Source: an uncultured delta proteobacterium (GTDB lineage Bacteria; Desulfobacterota; Desulfomonilia; UBA1062). From it: a stretch of 64,000 bases of DNA. Both the position numbers and the translations under genes were made by a program. Shown piece by piece: positions 1 through 9,966 of the stretch (position 1 is its first letter; each line of letters begins with the position of its first letter). Below the pieces are notes generated by a model that had not been told where the DNA came from, did no database searches, and saw only the letters and a list, made by a program, of their open reading frames with translations. Where the stretch lies: contig CAWAUM010000012.1 in NCBI GenBank assembly GCA_963785235.1, positions 128,001-192,000 of the forward strand, given 5' to 3'.

Positions 1-1
1 G

Positions 2-520
2 GCGGATATCGTTGTTGCCAATGCAGGAAGAGGTCTGGGCGGATCGGTTAAAGACGCCGATTTGTCGCAATTTGAAAACGTGCTCAGAATCAACGTGACC
101 GGCACCCTGGCCCTATTGCAGAAAGCCGCTCAAAAAATGCTGGATGGACGACACAACGTTTATCCAAAGTCTGCAGCCGATATTGTCATCGTAGGGTCGG
201 TGGTAGGACGGCACATATCACCATTCAGCGCGGTATATGGGGCTACGAAATTTGCCGTGCATGCGCTGGCCGAAGGTCTGCGGCGCGAAGTGGGACCGAA
301 AGGGGTTCGCGTCTCGTTGGTTGAGCCGGGGATCGTGCTCAGCGGGTTTCAGGCAGCAGCAGGTTACAGCGACGAGCTGGTGGATGGTTTTCATGAAAAA
401 TTCGGTCCATTGTTGACAGGAGGTGACGTGGCAAACGCAATATACTACATTGTCACCCAGCCACCCCATGTACATGTCAGCGACATCATCATTCGTCCCA
501 CACGCCAGGATTATCCATAA
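2..520 (+). CDS. SDR-family oxidoreductase (5' truncated by window)
   Basis: Frame open from base 2: ADIVVANAG (NAG motif), catalytic YGATK, VEPG, C-terminal 'IIIRPTRQDYP'. Confidence 0.9.
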   Translation, partial: ADIVVANAGRGLGGSVKDADLSQFENVLRINVTGTLALLQKAAQKMLDGRHNVYPKSAADIVIVGSVVGRHISPFSAVYGATKFAVHALAEGLRREVGPKGVRVSLVEPGIVLSGFQAAAGYSDELVDGFHEKFGPLLTGGDVANAIYYIVTQPPHVHVSDIIIRPTRQDYP

Positions 521-587
521 CTTTTTTGCCTTATATCAAGGGGCGATTATAAACGACGTAATACTCCATGCCTTTGATTGGCGCTAT

Positions 588-1733
588 TTAAAATAGCCGA
601 TAACGCACAAAAGATCGCCGGGCTTGGCTATGGCTCAGTGCAGCGAGCCTGTTGAAACGGTGAATGGTGCACAGCGTGTAAAAGTTGCATCCCGTGCAAT
701 AGGTCTCTGACCTGCCGGTTACCTTTTCATAGTGGTGATGGATGATGCGGGTTTGTGAATCGTAGAGGTCATCGGACAGGATCCACTTCAGGATTGTCCT
801 GACCTTTTCGAGATAAACTACCTCTCCAGTTGCCTCATAGAGGTCAAGCAATGCCCAGGCAACAGCGCAGTTACCCGATAAGCCCTTTGAAGATAGTGTC
901 GGGTGGCCGGAAAAGCCGCCTCGATCCTTGTCCCATAGGCGCTCATCCATAGTAGCAATTACTCTCGCAGCTCGATCGATATATTCCTTTGAGCCGGTGG
1001 CGCGGTAGGCTGCCGCACAGGCCATCATCATAGTGGCCTGGGGCCAGTCGGCATAGCGTGAATAGGTATACAGACCCTTTTCTTCATTCCAGCACTCACG
1101 GTTTGCCAGGCTCATAAGGGCAAGCCCTTCCTCCTTGTAGACATCATCCCCCGTGAGTTCATATGCGGTGAAACACATCAGGATGATGGACCCATAGGTG
1201 CTTGCGCGGTCATACATGTAGGGCGTGAAAAAGTCGGGACTGTACGTGGCGAGCATGCTTCCCGCGCTCACCCCGAGGGTGAACATGTGGAGATAAGGCT
1301 TTCTCTTTGTTGCCCGATAGGTCTCTGCCAGGCAAGGAAACCCGATGACCATGTCCATGGTAGGCACGGGAAAGACAACGAACCTATACACCATGGCCAC
1401 TTCATGATCCACGGTCTTGTCGGCCATGGAGCGCAGTGCATACGCACCGGTATCTTTCCACAACGCATAGAGAAGCATGGGCGCAAAATAGGTGGCATCA
1501 CCCTGGATATCCCCCTTCCAGTCGCCACTCTCATCCCATGAGAGCTCCACGAGGTTCTTGAGAATCGAGGAGAATTCGTCCTTGAACTCGGTGAGACCAA
1601 AATCCAGAGAGGCAGCCTGGCTTAGCTCGTCAATAGTCAGGTCCCTGGCCTGGGCCTGAACGCATAAAAAGATTGGGCAAACGAACAGGACTATGGCCAG
1701 GAAAAAAACAATGGTCCATGCCTTGTGCTGCAA
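588..1733 (-). CDS. Secreted (alpha/alpha)6-barrel protein, GH76/AGE-epimerase-like
   Basis: N-terminal signal peptide; repeated 'AYELTGD..Y', 'LYEATGE..YL', 'LWDKDRGGF' helical hairpin motifs. Confidence 0.6.
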   Translation of the reverse strand: MQHKAWTIVFFLAIVLFVCPIFLCVQAQARDLTIDELSQAASLDFGLTEFKDEFSSILKNLVELSWDESGDWKGDIQGDATYFAPMLLYALWKDTGAYALRSMADKTVDHEVAMVYRFVVFPVPTMDMVIGFPCLAETYRATKRKPYLHMFTLGVSAGSMLATYSPDFFTPYMYDRASTYGSIILMCFTAYELTGDDVYKEEGLALMSLANRECWNEEKGLYTYSRYADWPQATMMMACAAAYRATGSKEYIDRAARVIATMDERLWDKDRGGFSGHPTLSSKGLSGNCAVAWALLDLYEATGEVVYLEKVRTILKWILSDDLYDSQTRIIHHHYEKVTGRSETYCTGCNFYTLCTIHRFNRLAALSHSQARRSFVRYRLF

Positions 1734-1739
1734 TACCGA

Positions 1740-2474
1740 CTATACCTTCTTCGCCTTGGCGGCCTCGGGGAAGTAATCCTGAAAACACTCGGGGCATAAC
1801 CCGTGGCTGAACACCGCATCCGAGTGTTCCTCCAGGTATTGCTCCAGCTGGTTCCAGTACCCCTTGTCATCCCTGATCTTCTTGCAGGCGGCGCAGATGG
1901 GGATGAGCCCGCTCAGGGTCTTGATCTGGTTCAGCGCCTCTCTCAGTTCGCAGTTGAGGCGCTCTTTTTCCTCTTCCATCTGCTTGAGTATGGTAATATC
2001 CTGTAACGTCTCAACCACGCCCAGGAGGCTTCCATCCTGGCTGAAGATGGGTGATGCATCGAAGATGAGATAGCGTTTCTTGCCGCCCACATTGGCATAC
2101 CAGCCTTCGGCGTGCAGACCATGGGGTATGAGCAATGAAGGGCCATGGACAACATAGAGATCGTCCATCCTCCCAAGGTCGTTATCGAGGATGAGGTCCG
2201 ACAAGGTCGACCTTTGTTTGTCGTAGAAGGCTGTCCAGTGTTTGGAGGTACCGATGACATCAGCAGCCTTAATACCGGTAAGTTCCTCGCAGGCCCTGTT
2301 CCAGTGTATTACCTGGTGATGGGAGTCAATGACAAAGAAACCTACCGCGCAATTCTGCACCATGTTTTCACCGATCTTGATCAATACATCGGCATCAGGC
2401 CGGCAATAGTTGTCTTCACTGTTACCATTCATGGCACAAGGTCGGGTTTTATTTTTTTTCCTGTCGTTTTCCAT
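1740..2474 (-). CDS. PAS-domain protein with C-terminal CxxC...HGxCPxC module
   Basis: PAS (WNRACEELTG...QDIT), coiled coil, 'LIPICAACKKIRDDKGYW...FSHGLCPEC'; start codon uncertain (2432-2519). Confidence 0.85.
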   Translation of the reverse strand: MENDRKKNKTRPCAMNGNSEDNYCRPDADVLIKIGENMVQNCAVGFFVIDSHHQVIHWNRACEELTGIKAADVIGTSKHWTAFYDKQRSTLSDLILDNDLGRMDDLYVVHGPSLLIPHGLHAEGWYANVGGKKRYLIFDASPIFSQDGSLLGVVETLQDITILKQMEEEKERLNCELREALNQIKTLSGLIPICAACKKIRDDKGYWNQLEQYLEEHSDAVFSHGLCPECFQDYFPEAAKAKKV

Positions 2475-2592
2475 CTTACCACCATAGCACGTAATAATGT
2501 TCAGAACATGGGGTTTCAAGGCTCATTATCGGCATAATCGAAGGCAAAGTACATTAAAGCCGGATTTTGCTTGAGGATGTGTAAAAAACTTG

Positions 2593-2682
2593 GGTCCATT
2601 AAAATCAGTCATCTTGCAGCCTTAGGAGAATGATTATTTCCCGGTCCTTAAAGGCTGCTTTGGTGACTGATTTTAACGGACC
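2593..2682. repeat. Long palindromic intergenic element, copy A
   Basis: Imperfect IR ggtccattaaaatcagtcatcttgcagcctt ... aaggctgctttggtgactgattttaacggacc; homologous to 5328-5413. Confidence 0.85.
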
Positions 2683-2728
2683 TGTTGAAAACAACTGAGA
2701 TCACGATTGAGTCTTATGCTTAAGCAAC

Positions 2729-3703
2729 TCAAGGGGCCGCCGCAAAGATCTTGCCTGCATATAACTCATACCATGTAGGTTTGAAGACCCCTTCAAGAAA
2801 TCCGTTATGACCGCCGAAGTCGTGCATGAAAAGCCTGGTGGAAGCCCCCAGCAAAAGGCCTGAAAAATCACCCGAAGGGATGGCCGGATCGTCGCGGGAG
2901 GCTATGATGGTGGCAGGTATGCTCAAGGCTTTTATGGATTCACCGGAAAGGGTATACCCCATGAAATATTCCCGTGTATCTTTATAGCTGCTGTATTTTT
3001 TCAAGAGGGCATCTGTTAAGGCTCGCAGCGTTTCCAGTTTCATGATGTCATGAAAATCGTAAAGCTGCGGATAAATCTTCTGTTTGATGGCCAGTGATCT
3101 CCTCCATTTTTTCAGGAAGTACCACCTCAGGAGCCGGCTCTGGTCCAAGGCGTCGGTGGCCCTGCTCGGGTCTATGGCCGGACTGACGGCAACGACGTGG
3201 CAAAGGTTCTCTATAGGCTCATCAGAGCATCTCCGTGCGATCCTCAGCGCAAAGTTGCCGCCAAGGGAGAAGCCCATAAGAAACACCCGTGAAGGGCTCT
3301 TAAGCCCGGATGCGGTTTTTACCGCATTGAAGACCTCGTCCAGCAAGATGGCGTAGAATACCCCCTCATTGAGGTGGTGGGTGTTCCCATGGTCCCGGAA
3401 GTTCAGGCGGAATATATTATAGCCCTGATCATAAAGATACCTGCCCGAATGCAGGATATAGGTGGATTCCGCACTGCCTTCCCAGCCATGGAGCAGGATC
3501 ACCAGGCCAAGGTCCGGCCTTGTGCGCTGGGCCGAGAAGAAACCCTGGAGCCGGATTCCCCCGCCTGCATCGATGATCATTTCGCAAGCAGCCTCCCTCA
3601 TGGGGTTTGGGCCGACTGCGCGTATCCGTGCGGATGCGAGGACGGTCTGCGTGTAGGCCCCCTGCAGAAAGCGCGGGGGGATGAACCTGCTGTCATTCGA
3701 CAT
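2729..3703 (-). CDS. Alpha/beta hydrolase, YheT family
   Basis: LHGWEGS, RLNFRDHG, nucleophile GFSLGG, DDP, GGHNGF; SD (ggagg) upstream of ATG 3703. Confidence 0.9.
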   Translation of the reverse strand: MSNDSRFIPPRFLQGAYTQTVLASARIRAVGPNPMREAACEMIIDAGGGIRLQGFFSAQRTRPDLGLVILLHGWEGSAESTYILHSGRYLYDQGYNIFRLNFRDHGNTHHLNEGVFYAILLDEVFNAVKTASGLKSPSRVFLMGFSLGGNFALRIARRCSDEPIENLCHVVAVSPAIDPSRATDALDQSRLLRWYFLKKWRRSLAIKQKIYPQLYDFHDIMKLETLRALTDALLKKYSSYKDTREYFMGYTLSGESIKALSIPATIIASRDDPAIPSGDFSGLLLGASTRLFMHDFGGHNGFLEGVFKPTWYELYAGKIFAAAP

Positions 3704-3787
3704 GCCTTTGGCCTCCTGAGGCAAGGTTCAAAAGCCTGTATACCGGGACCTCAATCCGCACGGATAAAGGAACTTTGCTGCAAACCC

Positions 3788-4507
3788 TTACGAGACCATC
3801 AGGTTAAGGGGCTCTATATAGGCAGGGTCCTCTTTATCGATGATCTCTACGATGTGCTTGTGAAGGCGCCACTTGTGTTCCTTGAAGATGGTACGGCCCT
3901 TTGTAAAGGTGCGTGCAAAGGCAATAGCCTCCTTCATGAGTTCCTCTTCACCCTCACAGGCCTTGATCACCATGCGGCACTCCTCGAGTTCTTTGCCTGA
4001 CGCCCTCTTCCCCGAGTATACGAGTTCCTCAAGCTTATAATAGGGCATGGCCTTTTTCATCATGGCCAGCATACCCGGCAGGAAGGGGATGTTGATGTCC
4101 ACCTCGGGGAAGCAGAAATACCCGCGGTCACCCCTCATGAACCTGAAGTCGCAGGTGCAGACCAGGATGGCTCCGTCACCGAAGGCATGCCCGTTAATGG
4201 CCGCTATGACCGGCAGGGGAATGGTCAGCATACGCTTGAAGAGCCTGTTGAGCTCATACATGAAGTCTTTGATGGCCTGCGTTTCATTACGTGAAACATT
4301 GCCCATCATCCACTCGAGGTCGATGCCTAAAGACCAGTTCTTCTTGTCCACCGAAGACAGCACGATTGACTTGATCTCCTGGTCGGCCTCGATCTCGTCC
4401 AACGCCTTGAGCATGCCGGCAGCGAATGTGGGGTTGTGCCTGTTTTCTGTGGTGTTCATTGTCAGGATGGCAACAGTCCCATCCTTTTTCCATTCCACAA
4501 CAGCCAT
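3788..4507 (-). CDS. Enoyl-CoA hydratase/isomerase family protein
   Basis: WSLGIDL, PVIAAINGHAFGDG, CFPEVDI crotonase motifs. Confidence 0.9.
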   Translation of the reverse strand: MAVVEWKKDGTVAILTMNTTENRHNPTFAAGMLKALDEIEADQEIKSIVLSSVDKKNWSLGIDLEWMMGNVSRNETQAIKDFMYELNRLFKRMLTIPLPVIAAINGHAFGDGAILVCTCDFRFMRGDRGYFCFPEVDINIPFLPGMLAMMKKAMPYYKLEELVYSGKRASGKELEECRMVIKACEGEEELMKEAIAFARTFTKGRTIFKEHKWRLHKHIVEIIDKEDPAYIEPLNLMVS

Positions 4508-4573
4508 GTTTGCCTCCTCTGGTAGGTTATCAATTCACCTATTCATACCATGAATTGCCAAGGATGTGAAAAG

Positions 4574-5218
4574 TCAATCTACGAGATATATCTCTATGCG
4601 TTCTTTCCCCTTACCGATATTATTGCGCTTGAGGCTGATCCGCCCAACCTCACCGGTACGCCTGGGATGCGTGCCGCCGCAGGAGACCCGGGCAAATCCT
4701 TCGATCTCCCAGTAGCGCTGCTCTTGTTCACGGTTACTGTATTCGCTCCTTATGGGAAGGTCTGCCTCGATGATCTTTCCGGCACGCTCCATGAGAACCG
4801 GAAAAGTGTCGGAAATCCTGCCCTCCCAGATAAAATCAAGCCTTGCCTTATCCTCGGAGATGTTTGCCCCGATCTTTAAAGGCCTTCCAAAGAGCTGATA
4901 GACCAGTTCGAGCACGATCTCTGCAGCGAAATGGAGCCGCATGAGCCGGTAGCGACGTGCCCAATCGATCTTGATGAATATCTCGCTGCCCGGCTTGAGG
5001 TCATGCGGGCACTCCAGGGTGTAATAGATCTCCATGTCCCTCTTCCGGGCGCAAAGGACCTTCAGGTCGTTCATGGTTCCCGTGTCGGATTCCTGGCCTC
5101 CTGCTGATGCATAAAAGATGGTCTGTTCAAGCGTGATGGTGTCATTGTCCATGCCCGTGATTTTGCTCATCAGCTCGGTTCGGTATGGGTCTTCCCAGAA
5201 GATCTTTTCTGCAGGCAT
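4574..5218 (-). CDS. alaX: Alanyl-tRNA editing protein (AlaX family)
   Basis: TIFYASAGGQESDTG, MRLHFAAE, CGGTH. Confidence 0.85.
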   Translation of the reverse strand: MPAEKIFWEDPYRTELMSKITGMDNDTITLEQTIFYASAGGQESDTGTMNDLKVLCARKRDMEIYYTLECPHDLKPGSEIFIKIDWARRYRLMRLHFAAEIVLELVYQLFGRPLKIGANISEDKARLDFIWEGRISDTFPVLMERAGKIIEADLPIRSEYSNREQEQRYWEIEGFARVSCGGTHPRRTGEVGRISLKRNNIGKGKERIEIYLVD

Positions 5219-5327
5219 GGTGAGTTGTATAATGGCAAGTGAGCGCTTGAAATGTCAAGGACTGCCATGGGGCAAAAACTCTAGGTATTTATCACGGATT
5301 TGGCGTTTAAAAGGCGTAAAAACCTGA

Positions 5328-5413
5328 TCCGTTCAAATCAGTCATCTTGCAGCCTTTGCGGAATGCTAATTATCTCGGTCCTTTAAGGCTGCAAGATGAC
5401 TGATTTGAACGGA
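5328..5413. repeat. Long palindromic intergenic element, copy B
   Basis: Perfect 29-bp IR tccgttcaaatcagtcatcttgcagcctt (5328-5356) / aaggctgcaagatgactgatttgaacgga (5385-5413). Confidence 0.9.
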
Positions 5414-5532
5414 CCTATTTTTAAAAGACAATTCCATGGTCCGTATAAGCTTTATGCTTAAGGCCTCCTGGTGTGCCTTGAATATGTATGGGTACATCCA
5501 AACTCAAAAGCCAGGTTAAACATCTTTACCGA

Positions 5533-8085
5533 TCAACTTCCACCTTGATTATATGCCGGCAGCAATATCGTGAAGATAGCCCCCTTGCCGGGTTCAGTGC
5601 TCAAGCTGATGCTGCCGCCGAACTGTTTCACAATGGTGTATACCGTTGTAAGCCCAAGCCCGCTCCCCTTGCTGTCGGCCTTGGTTGTAAAATAGGGCTC
5701 GAAGACATGGGAGGCTGTATCATCATCCATGCCCGTCCCTGTGTCGTTCATGATCAATTGCACATATTCCCCTGATTTGAGCTCCACATACCTTTGGGTT
5801 GACTGCTCATCAATGTTTACATGTGCCGTTTCAATAGTAAATGTGCCGCCCTTGGGCATGGCGTCCCTTGCATTGAGCGACAGGTTCATAACCACCTGCT
5901 CGAGCTGGCTTCGGTCTCCAAGTACGAGGCATCTCTTCTTGTCGAGCATGAGCTTAAGACTGATCTTGGACCCCATCACCGTTACCAGGAGACCCTGCAT
6001 ACCCTCGATCACCTCATTGATATCTACATCCGTCGGTCTGGTCGGCTGCTTTTTGCTGAAGGAGAGGAGCTGTCTGATGAGTGCCGATGCCGAGTTCTTC
6101 ACATCCCTGATTTTTCCGATATTTTTTGTGACTGCCTCGGCATTGTTGATCTTGATCATCACGAGTTCGGAAAACCCTTCGATGGCTGCCAGATAATTAT
6201 TGAAGTCATGGGCGATACTCCCTGCAAGCCTGCCTACTGCCTCCATCTTCTGAGCACGAAGGAGTTCACTCTCGAGGTACTTGTACTCGGTAATATCACG
6301 GCCCAGCCCCAGGATGCATTCCTGGCCTTCCAGCGTTATTGTTACTGCAGACCACAGCACAGTCCGCAGTTTTCCGGTCTTTGTTCTGAACTTAACCTCC
6401 TCGTTTCTTACCCAGCCATGCTCTTTCAATTTCTGAATAATCCTCACACGGTCTTCGGGTTTCTCCCAGATCCCGATCTCCAATGAAGTGTGATTGACCA
6501 CCTCTTCGTGCTTATAGCCGGACCAATAAAGGTACCCCTCGTTCACATCGAGGTAGGTTCCTTCGTCCATGGTGGTTATGGACACCCAGTCCGGGCTGGC
6601 ATGGAACACCTTGGTGAACTTCTCCTCGCTTACCCTTAGTTCCTCCTGAATCCTTTTATGGATAGAGATATCAGCAACAAAGCCTTCAAGGTAAAGCAGC
6701 TCATCTCCAGGCGAGAACACGCCGATGCCCTGCTCCCACACCCACTTCACCTCATAATTTTCCGTGATGATCCGGTATACGATCTGGAAGTGGCCCCTTT
6801 TTTCCAGGGCCTTCTGGATCTCGGTCCATACCATATCACGGTCTTCGGGGTGGATGATCTGCCCATAAGAAACCCTTTTGTTCCCGATAAGCTCACTCGT
6901 GGTGTAACCCGTCAGCTTAAAGCATCCCTGACTAACGGATTCCATGGTCCAGTCCATATCGTTTTTCGAACGATAGACCATGCCGGGCAGGTTGCTCATA
7001 AGGGTGAAGAGCTCCCTCCTGTGTTCCGACAGTTCTTCTTCTGCCTTAACGCGTGCCGTCTGGTCCGAATAGACCTCTACAAGTTCTCCGGACGGCAGTT
7101 TATAGACGAAACTCTCGCGCCACCCGGATATCCTCTCATCCAGGTAGAAGTAAACCGGCAGATATTCCCCCTCTCCTGTTCTCCAAACCCTCAGCAAAGC
7201 TTCATAGAGCCCTGATGCACTGGAACCGGGGAAGGTCTGAAGCAAGGTTTGGCCGATAATTTCGTCCCTGCTGATACTGTCGATCTGTTCCGCCGCCCTG
7301 TTGAATTCGAGATATTCGAAATCCTTTCCATCTTGGCGCGCCTGGAATATTGCAACCCCGCTCAGCGTATTCTCCACCATGGCACGGTAACGCGACTCAG
7401 CGGCATGAAATGCTTCTTCTTTGTGCTTCCTGTCGGTTATATCGATAACCATGGAAAGAAAATGGGGGGAGCCGCAAAAGTCAATGACCTCAAGAAACAA
7501 GAGGCAATCATGAGCCTGGCCTGATGCATCGAGAAATTGCACCTCAACATCCTTGAGCGATCCCTTCTTCCGGATCTTCCGGAGCATATCGGCCCGCCGG
7601 CCCAGGTCAGGCCAGAGATTGCTCTGTGCAGCAGTCTGGTTGATGATATCTTCCCTGCTGTAACCGCTGAGCTTGAGAAAGGCATTGTTCACATCCACGA
7701 TGATACCGTCTTCGATGGTGGTGATGGTTGCCGGGATAGGGTTCATGGAAAAGCATTGGTAGAAAAGTTCGTCCGGGGGCTTGTGAATGTCCATGCCGCA
7801 CAGCATGAAGATACACAGCGCGGCACCATTGAGAGAAAAACCACAGTGCCCGGTAATGGCATCGCAAAAGCTGCAGGGAAACCATGTTGCCAGGGGCATC
7901 ATCAAGGCAATGAAGGCCATGATCCCGGAGAAAAGGACAATACCCCGGAAAAGATCAACGCCCGGTATATCTTTGGCAGGGTCTCTACGTTGATTGAAAC
8001 CGGCCCGGTCTCTTTTTGTCATCCGCGCATACCAGAAGGCGGCCTTTGCCGGTATTTGTCTTCCAAACCGATGACTTGGATCCAT
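5533..8085 (-). CDS. Multi-PAS sensor histidine kinase
   Basis: Four PAS repeats, H-box AHDFNN, N-box NARDAM, DTGTG, EPYFTTK, GSGLGL; no receiver domain. Confidence 0.92.
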   Translation of the reverse strand: MDPSHRFGRQIPAKAAFWYARMTKRDRAGFNQRRDPAKDIPGVDLFRGIVLFSGIMAFIALMMPLATWFPCSFCDAITGHCGFSLNGAALCIFMLCGMDIHKPPDELFYQCFSMNPIPATITTIEDGIIVDVNNAFLKLSGYSREDIINQTAAQSNLWPDLGRRADMLRKIRKKGSLKDVEVQFLDASGQAHDCLLFLEVIDFCGSPHFLSMVIDITDRKHKEEAFHAAESRYRAMVENTLSGVAIFQARQDGKDFEYLEFNRAAEQIDSISRDEIIGQTLLQTFPGSSASGLYEALLRVWRTGEGEYLPVYFYLDERISGWRESFVYKLPSGELVEVYSDQTARVKAEEELSEHRRELFTLMSNLPGMVYRSKNDMDWTMESVSQGCFKLTGYTTSELIGNKRVSYGQIIHPEDRDMVWTEIQKALEKRGHFQIVYRIITENYEVKWVWEQGIGVFSPGDELLYLEGFVADISIHKRIQEELRVSEEKFTKVFHASPDWVSITTMDEGTYLDVNEGYLYWSGYKHEEVVNHTSLEIGIWEKPEDRVRIIQKLKEHGWVRNEEVKFRTKTGKLRTVLWSAVTITLEGQECILGLGRDITEYKYLESELLRAQKMEAVGRLAGSIAHDFNNYLAAIEGFSELVMIKINNAEAVTKNIGKIRDVKNSASALIRQLLSFSKKQPTRPTDVDINEVIEGMQGLLVTVMGSKISLKLMLDKKRCLVLGDRSQLEQVVMNLSLNARDAMPKGGTFTIETAHVNIDEQSTQRYVELKSGEYVQLIMNDTGTGMDDDTASHVFEPYFTTKADSKGSGLGLTTVYTIVKQFGGSISLSTEPGKGAIFTILLPAYNQGGS

Positions 8086-8501
8086 TCTTAATTCATAATC
8101 CGAAACACGGATCAGTCAATAGGAATCGGTTTTCCTGTCTTCGCGGCGATTACAATATTATATATATTTTCTTACCGGCTTAAGGGGTTACCCATATATC
8201 TTGGCCCGGTAATATTCTTATCAACCTGGTACCAGGTAAAAAATTTGGTTATGCCGAGTGATTCTTCATCTTGTTCCGCTCAGCTGCTTCTTTAATGCTC
8301 TGAAGCCGCTTGGGCCGGTCCTGCAAACTGCTTACTTTCTTCTCTGTTAATTCCGTCTTTATAGGTATAGTTTTTTCTCTCATGAGTAATTTACTCCTAT
8401 CGATCTGAGCAGTACGTCTGCTCGATTTAGCGCCGCTTCATTGAGAAACGCTTGTCTGATTAGATCTCCAAAAAACATGTTAGATTTGCTGGAGTGCGGA
8501 T

Positions 8502-8533
8502 AAAGAAAAGGGGCAGGGTTGCCTGCCCCTTTG
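8502..8533 (-). terminator. Rho-independent terminator of cold-shock gene
   Basis: Minus strand aaaggggcagg-caac-cctgcccctttt-cttt directly after stop. Confidence 0.8.
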
Positions 8534-8539
8534 AGTTGT

Positions 8540-8740
8540 TTAGGCTTTGTAAAGATTGGAAGCCTGGGGCCCCTTCGGACCTGCAACTATGTCGAAGGTT
8601 ACACGCTGACCCTCTTCGAGTGACCTGAAGCCTTCCTGCTTGATCGCTGTGTGGTGCACGAATACATCCTCACCACTGTCTGCTGTGACAAAACCGAAAC
8701 CTTTTGCATCGTTAAACCACTTTACTGATCCTTGTGCCAT
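8540..8740 (-). CDS. csp: Cold-shock protein (CspA family), 66 aa
   Basis: [17 protein letters not shown]...DVFVH (RNP1/RNP2); SD gaggt upstream of ATG 8740. Confidence 0.97.
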   Translation of the reverse strand: MAQGSVKWFNDAKGFGFVTADSGEDVFVHHTAIKQEGFRSLEEGQRVTFDIVAGPKGPQASNLYKA

Positions 8741-9025
8741 GAAATACCTCTTTTTTTCAGATCCCATTTTAGGGCTCTGTTTGTGAATTTCTGAAAAGTG
8801 AATGTATTTAAAGTGGAATGTTGTCTTATTGAGGTGTATTTGCAGGTACCGTTCGTAAGGCAAGATTCAATCTAATATATTCTTTTTCCAGATATGTATG
8901 CACACTAGGCCTGCTGAGGTGACCGTGTCAAGCACAATATAATTAATTTACCTAATTCCTTTTCAATTGATTATTATCATATCTCATTTTCTCTCGCATC
9001 ACATTTCTCACCCACCTTCCACCTC

Positions 9026-9937
9026 TTACTGCTGCACCGCCGTGAATCCCTTGGCCTTGAGCATCTCCAGAAGCCCGCCCTTGCCCACCAGGTGGCCGGC
9101 GCCTACAACCATGAACACGTCACCCTCCTGGGAGAGGAGCTTGGAGATGCGAGTGGTCCAGGCTATGTTCCGCTCGGTAAAGAGTTTTTTTTCAACCTCG
9201 GGGAATTTCTTCAGGCTCTTCCGGGTGAAGGACTCCATCCGGGCTGCATCACCGGCCTTCCATGCCTGCACCATTTCGGCAGAGGCCTTTTCCAGCACCG
9301 CTATCTCTTCAAGTGCCTGCTTGAGGAGGTCCTCTTCCTTTCCGGGCAACGCATTGGCAAGCAGGTCCAGCTGCTGCCGGGCGGTTTCCAGGTATATCAT
9401 CTTCTTTTTATCCGCGGCGGCCTGTTTTGAGAAGTGTGCGTCCAGACCGTCCTCGGCGGTAAAACCCAGGCGCTTGAGTTCCACGGTAGCAATGGACAGC
9501 GCCGCAAACCACGGCCTGTAGGTTTCGAACTGTTCCACCTCAAGGTTATTGGCCTCTACGCGCTGCCTGAACAGGGCATAGGTCTTCTCGGAGACCTCCC
9601 TGGGCAGTGTCTTGCCGTCGTGGTAGGTGCCCAGCGCGAGCATCATGTCCCTGATCTCATCGGTACCCGGCCCTTCAAGATCCGCTTCGAAGACAATCCG
9701 TGGGCAGGATTGATAGGCCTTCTCAATCCGCGCATCAAGCGGGTAGGAGGCTGCCTTGAACATGTGCATGGAGCCCAGGAGAAAGACCCTGGACTTGGGG
9801 CCCTGAACCGACCACATGAAGACCTTCGAAGGCGCTTTTTGGGCGGCATGTACTGGGTGAAAAGGGGTTCCCATGCAGACAATGGAAAAGACAAGGATCG
9901 CCATCATCAGCCGCCTATGCCCACTGTACTTATGCAT
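9026..9937 (-). CDS. TraB/GumN family exported protein
   Basis: Signal peptide, LLGSMH, GLD, LET..QL, RN..W, VVGAGHL. Confidence 0.9.
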   Translation of the reverse strand: MHKYSGHRRLMMAILVFSIVCMGTPFHPVHAAQKAPSKVFMWSVQGPKSRVFLLGSMHMFKAASYPLDARIEKAYQSCPRIVFEADLEGPGTDEIRDMMLALGTYHDGKTLPREVSEKTYALFRQRVEANNLEVEQFETYRPWFAALSIATVELKRLGFTAEDGLDAHFSKQAAADKKKMIYLETARQQLDLLANALPGKEEDLLKQALEEIAVLEKASAEMVQAWKAGDAARMESFTRKSLKKFPEVEKKLFTERNIAWTTRISKLLSQEGDVFMVVGAGHLVGKGGLLEMLKAKGFTAVQQ

Positions 9938-9966
9938 ACCTTTCTACCCCTTCCCGGCATAGGCTT

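Noticed and set aside
8741-8863. N-terminal extension of the cold-shock ORF to 107 aa
   Set aside because: The SD sequence and family length support a start at 8740; the upstream part is probably 5' UTR
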